Of a DNA stretch of 64,000 nucleotides, positions 26,384 to 34,661 are shown piece by piece. The notes below the pieces were generated by a model. The model was not told the origin of the DNA. It searched no databases and saw only the letters and a list, made by a program, of their open reading frames with translations. Location of the stretch: the IMG/VR virus record IMGVR_UViG_3300031965_000015, positions 6,530-70,529 of that record; one strand, 5' to 3'. The DNA comes from a virus. Lineage: Duplodnaviria; Caudoviricetes. The position numbers were made by a program, and so were the translations under genes. Numbering within the stretch: the stretch's first letter is position 1; every line of letters starts with the position of its first letter.

Positions 26384-26617
26384 TTATTTTAATGTGTCAC
26401 CTACCTCGTAAGTGTTACTAATGCTTTTTGCTACATAGTAGTTACTGTTAAAACTTAGATAAGTTGAATCTTTATCTCTTAATAGAATGTCACCTTCGCT
26501 TGATTTCGCAACTAATATAATGGGCGGTTTAAGGTCTTGTATGTTTGGTTCGCATCCAACTAAAAACAAAACAATAAGTAAAAAGAATAATTTTTTCATA
26601 ACACCCCCGCTATCCAA
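26384..26617 (-). CDS. Putative lipoprotein (start probably MKKLF)
   Basis: MKKLFFLLIVLFLVGC lipobox. Confidence 0.65.
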   Translation of the reverse strand: MDSGGVMKKLFFLLIVLFLVGCEPNIQDLKPPIILVAKSSEGDILLRDKDSTYLSFNSNYYVAKSISNTYEVGDTLK

Positions 26618-26665
26618 AGAACCAGAAATATTACTGAATAGATTATCAGTAATGCCGGTAAAGCG

Positions 26666-27058
26666 TCAAATGCTGTGTTTGTTTTCATTTATTATCTCCT
26701 GAGATTTTAGATTTGTCAAAACTTTAATAAAACCATCAAGATCATTTTTATGGCATATCATCATTAAGCAATGCTGTATATATCCATCATCTCGTTTGTG
26801 CCTGGCTCTTTTAAGTTCAACTTCCCAATCATTAGCTATTTCGGCTTTGAGTTGTTCTTGGAAGCTATCAATAGCTTTATCTATTTCAGTTGTTATCTGA
26901 GATATAATTTGTTTTGCATCTGAGAGTTTAACGTATTCACTAAAAACATCATCATCACATTCATATTTACTTCTTATTTCTCCTACTGAATCAAAATCAT
27001 AATCAAGAACTAAAATTCCAGTTTTACTTTTCTCTTCCATTTGCTTTATCAAATCCAT
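26666..27058 (-). CDS. Hypothetical protein
   Basis: ORF track. Confidence 0.55.
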   Translation of the reverse strand: MDLIKQMEEKSKTGILVLDYDFDSVGEIRSKYECDDDVFSEYVKLSDAKQIISQITTEIDKAIDSFQEQLKAEIANDWEVELKRARHKRDDGYIQHCLMMICHKNDLDGFIKVLTNLKSQEIINENKHSI

Positions 27059-27061
27059 TTT

Positions 27062-27574
27062 TTATTCCTTCTCAAGTAATAAAATATCAGGGTTAGCATA
27101 TTGCCCTTCGCTTGCAAGTAATTCTATGATATGGAAACGAAAACTACCATAACCATATCCTCTGAATGTATCTTTAGCCATTGTTTCTGCTTTTTCTATC
27201 CCACCAGCAATGACTAAAAACTTAAAATCTTTAGAATAGTCATATCCGTATTTCAATGTTACTTTGTATAAGTTCATTTTCCCATCCTCTGGTTTAACTT
27301 CTGTTAGTTGTTTGATGCGGTTCTGCAAATCAACAATAATTTTTCGTTGGCAACTGGCACTATAAAAATTTGTAGACACGGTTGACTTATATTTCTCAAG
27401 ATTTTCGAGCCATAAATCTAATTTCTCAGAATGCAAATCTCTCTTAATCATTACAGATTGGCGAGTATCGTTGGGTAATCCATCAGAAAAGGCTTGTAAT
27501 GCTTTGCCGTATTCTTCGGAAGTTTTAATAAGATTATTTTTTAATATCTCAAATTCTTTTTTTATATCTTCCAT
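27062..27574 (-). CDS. Hypothetical protein
   Basis: ORF track. Confidence 0.55.
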   Translation of the reverse strand: MEDIKKEFEILKNNLIKTSEEYGKALQAFSDGLPNDTRQSVMIKRDLHSEKLDLWLENLEKYKSTVSTNFYSASCQRKIIVDLQNRIKQLTEVKPEDGKMNLYKVTLKYGYDYSKDFKFLVIAGGIEKAETMAKDTFRGYGYGSFRFHIIELLASEGQYANPDILLLEKE

Positions 27575-27575
27575 T

Positions 27576-27740
27576 TTAAACCTCTAATTTTTTAACCATA
27601 TTATCTGGATACATCTTTTTATGAATACCACATAAATATTTTTTTCCCCCAACACCATTAATAAAAATATATTTTGCTTTGTTGCGACAATCCCATAAAA
27701 GAGATTTGCTTCTTAAAAAATCTTGACATTTTTTCTCCAT
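27576..27740 (-). CDS. Small Cys/His protein (54 aa, not in ORF track)
   Basis: MEKKCQ...WDCRNKAKY...YLCGIH. Confidence 0.5.
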   Translation of the reverse strand: MEKKCQDFLRSKSLLWDCRNKAKYIFINGVGGKKYLCGIHKKMYPDNMVKKLEV

Positions 27741-27741
27741 T

Positions 27742-28152
27742 CTATTTCCCCTCAATGTATTGTAGTATTGCGTTTAAGCGTGCTTCGTTTTTGGTTTTGC
27801 TAACACCTTTAGATATTCTTACTTGGTTTGTGTAAAGATTACCCGAATAATATTCAGCCCAAATTTCATCAATGAATATTGAGATTATAACGGTTTCGAT
27901 TTTAGCTTCTTTAATCATCTTTTCTTCTAATAATTCAAGTTGGTTGGAATTAATGTGAGGCTGCCAATCTTCTTCTTTACAAAACACTTTTCTATAAAGC
28001 GGATCAGTAATTTTCCTATCAACCTGATTTGCTAACATTCCTTGCTCATATAAATACCCCATAACCACATCAACTGTTAAATTCCCGGCATTTCCATATA
28101 ATTCTCTAAGTGCTGTTTCGTGTTTTTCCCAAGTAGTCATTTTCTTATCCAT
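27742..28152 (-). CDS. Phage ABA-sandwich-like protein
   Basis: DWQPHINSNQLELLEEKM ... NEARLNAILQYI. Confidence 0.5.
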   Translation of the reverse strand: MDKKMTTWEKHETALRELYGNAGNLTVDVVMGYLYEQGMLANQVDRKITDPLYRKVFCKEEDWQPHINSNQLELLEEKMIKEAKIETVIISIFIDEIWAEYYSGNLYTNQVRISKGVSKTKNEARLNAILQYIEGK

Positions 28153-28268
28153 TAATTATTACGTTTAAACAGTTTTCAACTTCGCCAGTCACATTTAATT
28201 TTAGAATATTTTAGAAACGAACTAAGATTATTATTGGTTATATGATAGCCAATCATTATCTCGTCTGT

Positions 28269-28571
28269 TTATACGGAAATTACCTTCTTATTTATTGTAG
28301 TGGTTTCTTCTACAACTCTCATCCCTGATTCGCATAACTTTATTGGCTTATCTACGTCATCATAACTCTCTACATTAGCCCAAAATATTTCATCAGAAAA
28401 GATTTCCTGTTTTTGTAGAATAAATTTCCGTATAACGAGTGGCTCAAGTTTACCGACTTGCCTTTTCTCGTTAATTTGTTTTTCTAATTCTCTGGTAAAT
28501 TCATCCATCTCTAAATCTTTATAATCATCATAGTTTAATTCTCTTGGTTCTCCATCAGTAATCCACTCCAT
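28269..28571 (-). CDS. Solo-cassette ORF starting inside degenerate attC G
   Basis: GKLEPLVIRK read-through of the arm. Confidence 0.65.
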   Translation of the reverse strand: MEWITDGEPRELNYDDYKDLEMDEFTRELEKQINEKRQVGKLEPLVIRKFILQKQEIFSDEIFWANVESYDDVDKPIKLCESGMRVVEETTTINKKVISV

Positions 28572-28700
28572 TGTTCTCTCCTTAGTTTAATGATATTGGT
28601 TCAATTATTATGTTACCTTCAAGCGTATAAATATTTAACCACACTATGCTTTCTAAATACATTTTATTTTCCTTTCCGGCAGCTTAGCCATAACATATTT
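28430..28700 (+). other. Degenerate attC-like site G
   Basis: TATAAC-GAGT-GGCT[C]AAGTTT[A]CCG ... CGG-CAGCTT-AGCC; R' box decayed. Confidence 0.6.
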
Positions 28701-28714
28701 TAAATATTGATCTT

Positions 28715-28939
28715 TCATATCTGAAGCCTCAATTGTTTATTAGCCTTTATAAAAATCTTATAAGGCTTGCCTGTATTCTCTAATTCTTCTAAGCCAACTT
28801 TCTCTTTGAGAATCATTAAAAATTTGTGTGGACTTACTGTATTGCATACGTGAGCTACGTCTCCAGATGATATCTTTCCGTTCTTCTCAAGGAAGTCAGC
28901 AGCTATTCTCCATTTTGGTGTCTTTCTAATTTTTATCAC
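28715..28939 (-). CDS. Winged-HTH-like protein
   Basis: FLEKNGKISSGDVAHVCNTVSPHKFLMILK. Confidence 0.55.
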   Translation of the reverse strand: MIKIRKTPKWRIAADFLEKNGKISSGDVAHVCNTVSPHKFLMILKEKVGLEELENTGKPYKIFIKANKQLRLQI

Positions 28940-29148
28940 TGAGTTCTTCCATTACTGCAAGCTGACAAAATCTCATTAGCCATCTTCTTTAATGCTCCCT
29001 CGATAGCGTCTGATTCGTTTACTTTCAGTTCTCTGAGATGATACATTTTGTTGTATAGGGTATCGTAATTTATTTTAGTCTCCATACAAAGTTGTTTGAG
29101 TACGAATCTCTTTGTGTCGTGCAAGCTTTTCAAAGTTGCTATGTTCAT
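28936..29148 (-). CDS. HTH DNA-binding protein
   Basis: LKQLCMETKINYDTLYNKM. Confidence 0.65.
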   Translation of the reverse strand: MNIATLKSLHDTKRFVLKQLCMETKINYDTLYNKMYHLRELKVNESDAIEGALKKMANEILSACSNGRTQ

Positions 29149-29441
29149 TTCTTTATACCGCTTTTTAATTCTTCATAAATCAAATCGGCAAGTTCAATTT
29201 TGCCGGTTATTTCTATAATCTTTTGAACGTCTATTAAGCCTATTTTACTTGAATCACGATTTGCAATTAATCTGTATAAATAATTCTTTGATTTATAACC
29301 AAGTCTATCAGCGAAATACCAATACGGATTCCCTATGTGATTTTTATGTTCTCTCCCATATTCCAGTATAATGTCCTCTACTGCATTAAGAACTCTAATT
29401 GTCAACTTCCCTGACTCCTTTATTTGTATTTCTGTTTCCAC
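29145..29441 (-). CDS. HTH regulator (CII-like)
   Basis: YFADRLGYKSKNYLYRLI. Confidence 0.6.
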   Translation of the reverse strand: METEIQIKESGKLTIRVLNAVEDIILEYGREHKNHIGNPYWYFADRLGYKSKNYLYRLIANRDSSKIGLIDVQKIIEITGKIELADLIYEELKSGIKK

Positions 29442-29532
29442 TTACTTTGTTATTTGTTTCTAATTGCTTTCTTGGTGACTCCGGCATATTCATTTTCTAT
29501 TTTGTTGTGTATGAGAAAATCATTAACATATT

Positions 29533-29811
29533 TTATGAGGCTAATTTTTGTTTCTTGCCCTGTTTCCTTGTGTAGCTCTCAACAGAACGGGCAATGTTTT
29601 TTAATAACTGGATTGTTTTCCTATTCTGTCGTGTGTTGTTTATTGCGAATGATATTGCACTGTCAGTCCCTACTCTATGCCTTGCCCTTAATCTCTCATA
29701 AGAGAATCTTCCGCCAAGTTTCTGGAGGGTATATTTCCTATCTATAGGTGACATGTTGATAAAGTCATTTGCCGTGATTATATTTTGTCCTGTATGTAAA
29801 GTACTTTGCAT
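29533..29811 (-). CDS. Cro-like/early regulatory protein (ATG at 29811)
   Basis: First gene of the leftward operon, divergent from the repressor-like genes. Confidence 0.5.
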   Translation of the reverse strand: MQSTLHTGQNIITANDFINMSPIDRKYTLQKLGGRFSYERLRARHRVGTDSAISFAINNTRQNRKTIQLLKNIARSVESYTRKQGKKQKLAS

Positions 29812-29902
29812 TTTGTAAACCTTTTTACTTCTTGAGTGTAAACCTCGTAAAAATAAATGTAAATAGCAATAGATAATTAAAATAAATTTTAGGTGTCTAT
29901 AA
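29812..29902. promoter_or_regulatory. Divergent immunity control region with TGTAAACC repeats (29814, 29837)
   Basis: Between divergent HTH genes; related GTAAAC/GTTTAC motifs cluster at 30920-31020. Confidence 0.45.
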
Positions 29903-30358
29903 ATGTCTATAAATAAAGAACTTAACCTTGATAAAAAGGTAATCACTTACAAAAAGTTGATGGAGATTATCTTGGAAATGAATTCGGGTAAAACAATCAA
30001 GGAGATTTGTAAGGTCTTGGATATAGCCCAAAAGACATACTATAATATTATAGATGAAGAACCAGTCGGCAGGGCTGTAAGAAGAAAATTAAAATCTTAT
30101 CTACTGACAAATCTTGATTTGACATTCAATGAATTACAGGGAGATAAAATAGAAATTAAAAAAAGTATTGCAATGGATATAGGGGGTAATCAGAAAATTA
30201 AAGGTTCTATAGTCGGCAGGGATCAGAACATTAACGATAGCGTTCCTTTGCTTAAAGAAATAATCCAGTCTAAGGATGAACTATTAGAATCATACCGTGA
30301 AAAAATAAAAGAACTAAAAAATATTATTGAAGGGGGGACACAGAAAAAAAGCGGATAA
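29903..30358 (+). CDS. CI-like repressor (HTH plus C-terminal coiled coil)
   Basis: GKTIKEICKVLDIAQKTYYNI; LLKEIIQSKDELL. Confidence 0.7.
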   Translation: MSINKELNLDKKVITYKKLMEIILEMNSGKTIKEICKVLDIAQKTYYNIIDEEPVGRAVRRKLKSYLLTNLDLTFNELQGDKIEIKKSIAMDIGGNQKIKGSIVGRDQNINDSVPLLKEIIQSKDELLESYREKIKELKNIIEGGTQKKSG

Positions 30359-30389
30359 ACATTTATAGAGAGGTGTCACCATCAGTAAA

Positions 30390-30563
30390 TTGATTGTGGT
30401 TGTCAAGGGCAACCAAATCGTTAATGGAGATATTATAGGCAGGGATCAAATTATTGATAAAAAACGTAACCAGCTAATAAGAAAACTGATTTGTATTATA
30501 AGAGAAAAAAACGAATATATATCTGTATTAAATGAAATCATCCGAGAGCAGAGAAGAAGTTAA
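30390..30563 (+). CDS. HTH-less paralogue of the repressor C-terminal region (57 aa; not in ORF track)
   Basis: GNQIVNGDIIGRDQ..IIREKNE parallels GNQKIKGSIVGRDQ and LLREKNE of the neighbouring genes; TTG/GTG start. Confidence 0.5.
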   Translation: MIVVVKGNQIVNGDIIGRDQIIDKKRNQLIRKLICIIREKNEYISVLNEIIREQRRS

Positions 30564-30909
30564 AAAAAAGTTCGGGCTTCCTGTTAAAAGGTTTCTTATC
30601 AGTAAATATGGAACCATTAAAGAAGCGTGCCTGAAACTTAACCTTAACCCCTCTTTGGTTTCCCAGTACGTCTCAGGTGGTAAAAAACCAAATGCTCATT
30701 TCCATCATGTAATGCAACAGCTTGGTTTTGATATGAGCCTTTTTACTTTTGTGGAAGGCACGTTTGAGATTGAACAGGATAATGGTGTACTTACATATAA
30801 CGAGATGAAATTCCTTTACCTTGAACTGAAGGAACTACTTAGAGAGAAGAATGAAGTGATCAAGATATATGAACGTAGAATCAATGAATATAGAGGCAGA
30901 TCAGGATGA
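30532..30909 (+). CDS. XRE-family HTH regulator
   Basis: YGTIKEACLKLNLNPSLVSQYVSGGKKP. Confidence 0.75.
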   Translation: MKSSESREEVKKKFGLPVKRFLISKYGTIKEACLKLNLNPSLVSQYVSGGKKPNAHFHHVMQQLGFDMSLFTFVEGTFEIEQDNGVLTYNEMKFLYLELKELLREKNEVIKIYERRINEYRGRSG

Positions 30910-31195
30910 AGTTTATTCCGGTAATTTACACAAATGTTCTGTTTGTGTATGTAAACAAGTGTAAGTGGTTTACTTATATAAGATTAGTTTACAGCTATTT
31001 ACATTTTTAGTTTACGTCTTATATATTATGAGACAAGAAAAAACTTTTGAGGTTTTAACAATCTTAATAACTAAATAAATAATAATAACTTAACTATTTA
31101 CCATTTATTACTATCAGTAAATTTAATTAAATATGTAAGAACTATTTACTCTAAGTAAAGCATTCTTTAACTTTCACAAAAATGTTGGAGGCAAT

Positions 31196-31624
31196 ATGCG
31201 TAATCAGAAACAAACATCAGAATTTCTTACCTATCTATTATTATTGTTGGTTGTTGTAATTCTTTTTATGTTCTTTGGTTGTGAAGAAGATAATCCCGCA
31301 GAACCTGTTAAAACTCTATCCGGGAGATATGCCATTACTTTGAATGGTACTACTACTTTATCAGGGGTTCTTAATCTTACAGAAGTTTCGGGAACTCTTT
31401 CGGGTTCTTTGACTATTACGGGGTTTGGGCAAGCAGCTGTTAATGGTAACTCAACTAATTCAACAGTAAACTTTTATTTTTATTCTCAGGAACAGGGCTT
31501 TAGAGCTAAATGGATTCTTTCAGGATCACACGACTATACTAATATGTCAGGCTCAGGTAAGGTATTTAATGATGATACAGGCTCCCAGGTAGCTACTTTA
31601 TCTTGGAGTGCGAGGAAGGATTAA
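31196..31624 (+). CDS. Lipoprotein, beta-barrel-like (lysogenic conversion candidate)
   Basis: LFMFFGC lipobox; beta-strand-rich mature part. Confidence 0.7.
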   Translation: MRNQKQTSEFLTYLLLLLVVVILFMFFGCEEDNPAEPVKTLSGRYAITLNGTTTLSGVLNLTEVSGTLSGSLTITGFGQAAVNGNSTNSTVNFYFYSQEQGFRAKWILSGSHDYTNMSGSGKVFNDDTGSQVATLSWSARKD

Positions 31625-31633
31625 ATATGTTCT

Positions 31634-31837
31634 TCATTTCTTCTCATCTTTCATTACTAAATATCCTGCTAATGAACCAAATATTATTGATATAGGGAGT
31701 ACCAATTCAATATACATTTGCGAATTTTGTTTTAGTAACCAGTCACTCTCAGATATTGATACAGCTATTTTATCTAAGTACCATATTGCGTGGGTAAAGA
31801 AGGCTACCAATAAAAAGCTGATAATAAAATCCTTCAT
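31634..31837 (-). CDS. Small 2-TM protein
   Basis: Hydrophobicity. Confidence 0.55.
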   Translation of the reverse strand: MKDFIISFLLVAFFTHAIWYLDKIAVSISESDWLLKQNSQMYIELVLPISIIFGSLAGYLVMKDEKK

Positions 31838-32079
31838 TTCTTATTCTCTACTATTTCAGATGGTTGAGATTTTTCTTCTTCGTATTCTTTTATGGCTTGT
31901 TTAATTTGCTCTCTCAGGGATTGTTTGATAGAATCAATAATCTTCATTATACTGCCGGCAACCATAAGAACAAACCCAACTATCAATAAAGCATCTGATT
32001 CGAATGCTAAAGCCAAAAGAAAAAAGATGCCTCCTGTTATTATACCTATTGTTGGTATATGAGATTCTTTAAGCTTCAT
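31834..32079 (-). CDS. 2-TM protein with coiled-coil tail
   Basis: Hydrophobicity. Confidence 0.6.
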   Translation of the reverse strand: MKLKESHIPTIGIITGGIFFLLALAFESDALLIVGFVLMVAGSIMKIIDSIKQSLREQIKQAIKEYEEEKSQPSEIVENKK

Positions 32080-32158
32080 TTCCCATACCTCTTATTAAGT
32101 TTATTTATTCCGCTTTTCAGATGTACTACCATAAGTTTATAGTTAGCGTGAATTTGCC

Positions 32159-32437
32159 TCACAGTTCTACTTCTTCTGATTTTGGGGTAGGCGTGGCTTT
32201 CGCATATTCCCTGATTTTATCTAATAAGCTTTCTTTGGCATCTTCATAAGATAGATGTGAGCAGCCCCAAAATCTTATACTGTCGTATTCGGCATAGGCT
32301 CTGTATGTATATACAAGTTTTTCATTATAATAATATGTTACATTTACCTTTTCAATTTCTTTGTCTTTATTACACCCGGCGAATCCCGCTAACAAGCAGA
32401 ATGCGAGAACGATAAGGGTTAATTTATTTCGTTTCAT
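32159..32437 (-). CDS. Lipoprotein
   Basis: MKRNKLTLIVLAFCLLAGFAGC. Confidence 0.7.
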   Translation of the reverse strand: MKRNKLTLIVLAFCLLAGFAGCNKDKEIEKVNVTYYYNEKLVYTYRAYAEYDSIRFWGCSHLSYEDAKESLLDKIREYAKATPTPKSEEVEL

Positions 32438-32488
32438 TTCTTCTCTCCCAAGTATCTCTTAATTAAATCTTCAAGAACTTCTTTTCTA

Positions 32489-32746
32489 CTATTTCAGATG
32501 GTTCGGAATTGCAATATCACTATTATTAGGGAATAAGTCTTTGATGTACTCGCCAGCTTTGTCTAATGCTCTTTGCTTGCTTGCTTTGTCCTTAATATTA
32601 AACCGAAATTGTTTTAATTTCACATACCCAAGATTACTCATATCATCAATCACTTGTATGGTAGAAGTTTTATTAAATTTCTTTCCAGCTTTTCCGCCAG
32701 TAGGTCTTGCTTCAACAATCTTAACGTTATTTTTATAAACCGTCAT
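32489..32746 (-). CDS. Hypothetical protein
   Basis: ORF track. Confidence 0.6.
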   Translation of the reverse strand: MTVYKNNVKIVEARPTGGKAGKKFNKTSTIQVIDDMSNLGYVKLKQFRFNIKDKASKQRALDKAGEYIKDLFPNNSDIAIPNHLK

Positions 32747-32925
32747 TTCCCATACCTCTTATTAAGTTTATTTATTCCGCTTTTTAGATTTCTTTTTGTA
32801 AGATGCCCGCTAATATCTTCAATAATTTCTTTTTTTATTTTATCAATATTGCTTTGTAGTTTGTTCCATCTTAGTTCAAAGTTCATAAGCCATATAGTAT
32901 CTTCTTGTTTCATTTTATCCTCCAA
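32743..32925 (-). CDS. Hypothetical protein ending in the repeated module
   Basis: C-terminal LKSGINKLNKRYGK. Confidence 0.55.
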   Translation of the reverse strand: MEDKMKQEDTIWLMNFELRWNKLQSNIDKIKKEIIEDISGHLTKRNLKSGINKLNKRYGK

Positions 32926-33235
32926 ATTGAAATTGTTCCACTTTCAGATAATATTTATTATTCTCTATTTCCACATAAGGGAATAATCTTACCATATCTA
33001 CTTTGCTAAGTGAAAACATCTGATTATAATCTTCTTCTGTTAAATCTTCCGGTAGTTCATCTTCATTTCGCCATTTAACAAAAGCGGTATAGCCAAGCGG
33101 TTCAAGCTGACTGCTAATAGTAAATTCAGATTTAGGGTACACCAAACTAATCTCATCAGTTAATACCAATTCAACTTGTAACGTTTTGTCCATTTCCGAT
33201 TGTGGCTGATAATTATTTATTTTTATTATTATCAT
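32915..33235 (-). CDS. Hypothetical protein containing an attC half-site
   Basis: SSQLEPLGY. Confidence 0.6.
   Translation of the reverse strand: MIIIKINNYQPQSEMDKTLQVELVLTDEISLVYPKSEFTISSQLEPLGYTAFVKWRNEDELPEDLTEEDYNQMFSLSKVDMVRLFPYVEIENNKYYLKVEQFQFGG
33087..33120 (+). other. Orphan attC left arm (R''/L'')
   Basis: GCGGTTCAAGCTGACTGCTAATAG, identical to site B; R'' is TAGC; no right arm found. Confidence 0.6.
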
Positions 33236-33304
33236 ATTTTTTTCTTTCTTTTATACCTATTCTCTAATTTCTTAATACCTGATTTTAGATACACTACCAT
33301 AAGT

Positions 33305-33580
33305 TTAATCCACCTTTTTTAGTTTATCCATTATCTTTTTTGCTTTATCATATTCGGCAGATTTTATACTATCTATGTTATCTCCTTCTTTTATAACTAC
33401 AGTATTTTTATAATGCCTGTCAATCCAAACACCTCCGTCTCTTGTCCATACCTCTGTAATCAACATAGTTTCTTCTGTATGTTGGTTATAGTCCGCCTCT
33501 TGGACAACCACATATCTCTTACACCCTCCCGCTAACAAGCAGAATGCGAGAACGATAAGGGTTAATTTATTTCGTTTCAT
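33305..33580 (-). CDS. Lipoprotein
   Basis: MKRNKLTLIVLAFCLLAGGC. Confidence 0.7.
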   Translation of the reverse strand: MKRNKLTLIVLAFCLLAGGCKRYVVVQEADYNQHTEETMLITEVWTRDGGVWIDRHYKNTVVIKEGDNIDSIKSAEYDKAKKIMDKLKKVD

Positions 33581-33771
33581 TTCTTGTACCTATTCTCTAA
33601 TTTCTTTATTCCGCTTTTTAGATATACTACCATAAGTTTATTATCTTTTACTACTCGTTTCCAGTCCTTGCCTTCAGTTAATATACCTTCTCTGTCATTA
33701 CGCATACCTCTTAAAGAGTGCATTGTGGCTTTGGAAAGATTAAACTTTTTTCTTACTTCGGTTTCGGTCAT
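33577..33771 (-). CDS. Small HTH-like DNA-binding protein
   Basis: MTETEVRKKFNLSKATMHSL. Confidence 0.6.
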   Translation of the reverse strand: MTETEVRKKFNLSKATMHSLRGMRNDREGILTEGKDWKRVVKDNKLMVVYLKSGIKKLENRYKK

Positions 33772-33990
33772 ACTTAATTATAGTTGTAAATCTTTTTGGC
33801 TAATATTTTCTCCCAAGTATTCTTCATCTTCCATTACATCATATAACGGGTTATCAGGTGGGTTTTCTTCAGAATAAATATGCACCCATAAAAAAAGGCT
33901 CACCAAAACAATGGCCATAATAAAATAAAACATTCTCTAACTCCTTCCGCCAAAAAAATTATGACTTTCTTGTTTTTGTCTCTCAATACA

Positions 33991-34032
33991 AACATACAAA
34001 ATTATTCCGCCATTGTCAACTCGCCTTGACAA
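33991..34032 (-). promoter_or_regulatory. Sigma70-type leftward promoter with overlapping palindrome TTGTCAA-N6-TTGACAA
   Basis: TTGACA-17 nt-TATGTT (33991-34019); inverted repeat at 34013-34032. Confidence 0.65.
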
Positions 34033-34094
34033 GAAATATACAATAATGTTTTGGATATAATTAAGATTGTAAAGAAAAAAATATTTTTTTGAAT

Positions 34095-34122
34095 AAAAAA
34101 GCCGGTTGTCTAATCCGGCTTT
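34095..34122 (-). terminator. Intrinsic terminator ending the late operon
   Basis: AAAGCCGG-9 nt-CCGGCTTT with a U6 tract on the minus strand. Confidence 0.75.
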
Positions 34123-34174
34123 CTGGAGTCAATATGAAAGAGTTATGTGTCATTTCCCCCAATAAGGCGCCCCC

Positions 34175-34633
34175 CTATTTTTTCTCTGTTACTACCCCGA
34201 AATAAACTACCCTATCATTTAATGTGTCCCAGTCATTAAAAAGAATTACTTCTATAATCTGGAATTTGTTTTTGAATATCATATAGTCCTTGCCGGTTGT
34301 GTTGTTCACTGCAACCTGTACTGTTGTGTATGAGCTATCTTTGAGTGGTCCGTAATCCCCCCAGACTGTATCTATTAGTGTGCCGTTTGCATTATACTCA
34401 AGTCTTCCAGTTCTATACATTACGCTGTCTGCGGGGCTGTTGGCGTTCCCTACAAGGAATAATTGGGGAAGTGATTCATATCCTATCCATAGAATGTAAT
34501 CTGAACTATCTCCTCCTGCATCTGAGTAGTATAATGAATCTATGATAGTAACTTCTTTCCCCTTGATGGTTGTCTGCTGTGCTTCTACCTGGATAACGAA
34601 TATCAAAAGTATAAATAAAATTAGGTTTTTCAT
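34175..34633 (-). CDS. Secreted protein (SPI signal, Gln at +1)
   Basis: MKNLILFILLIFVIQVEA|QQ. Confidence 0.7.
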   Translation of the reverse strand: MKNLILFILLIFVIQVEAQQTTIKGKEVTIIDSLYYSDAGGDSSDYILWIGYESLPQLFLVGNANSPADSVMYRTGRLEYNANGTLIDTVWGDYGPLKDSSYTTVQVAVNNTTGKDYMIFKNKFQIIEVILFNDWDTLNDRVVYFGVVTEKK

Positions 34634-34661
34634 TTTTAGGTTCTCCTGTGTTTTAGTTTTT

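Larger units (their letters stand above)
31847..33640. repeat. Interleaved direct-repeat set: 42 bp (32076/32743), 58 bp (32385/33528), 19 bp (31847/32485), plus degenerate KLMVVxLKSGI modules at 33253 and 33577
   Basis: Exact matches read from the sequence. Confidence 0.9.

Noticed and set aside
26606-26680. Possible additional attC (CATAAC...CGCT / AAAGCG)
   Set aside because: The arms pair poorly, there is no GTT R' box, and the cassette ends show no self-complementarity.
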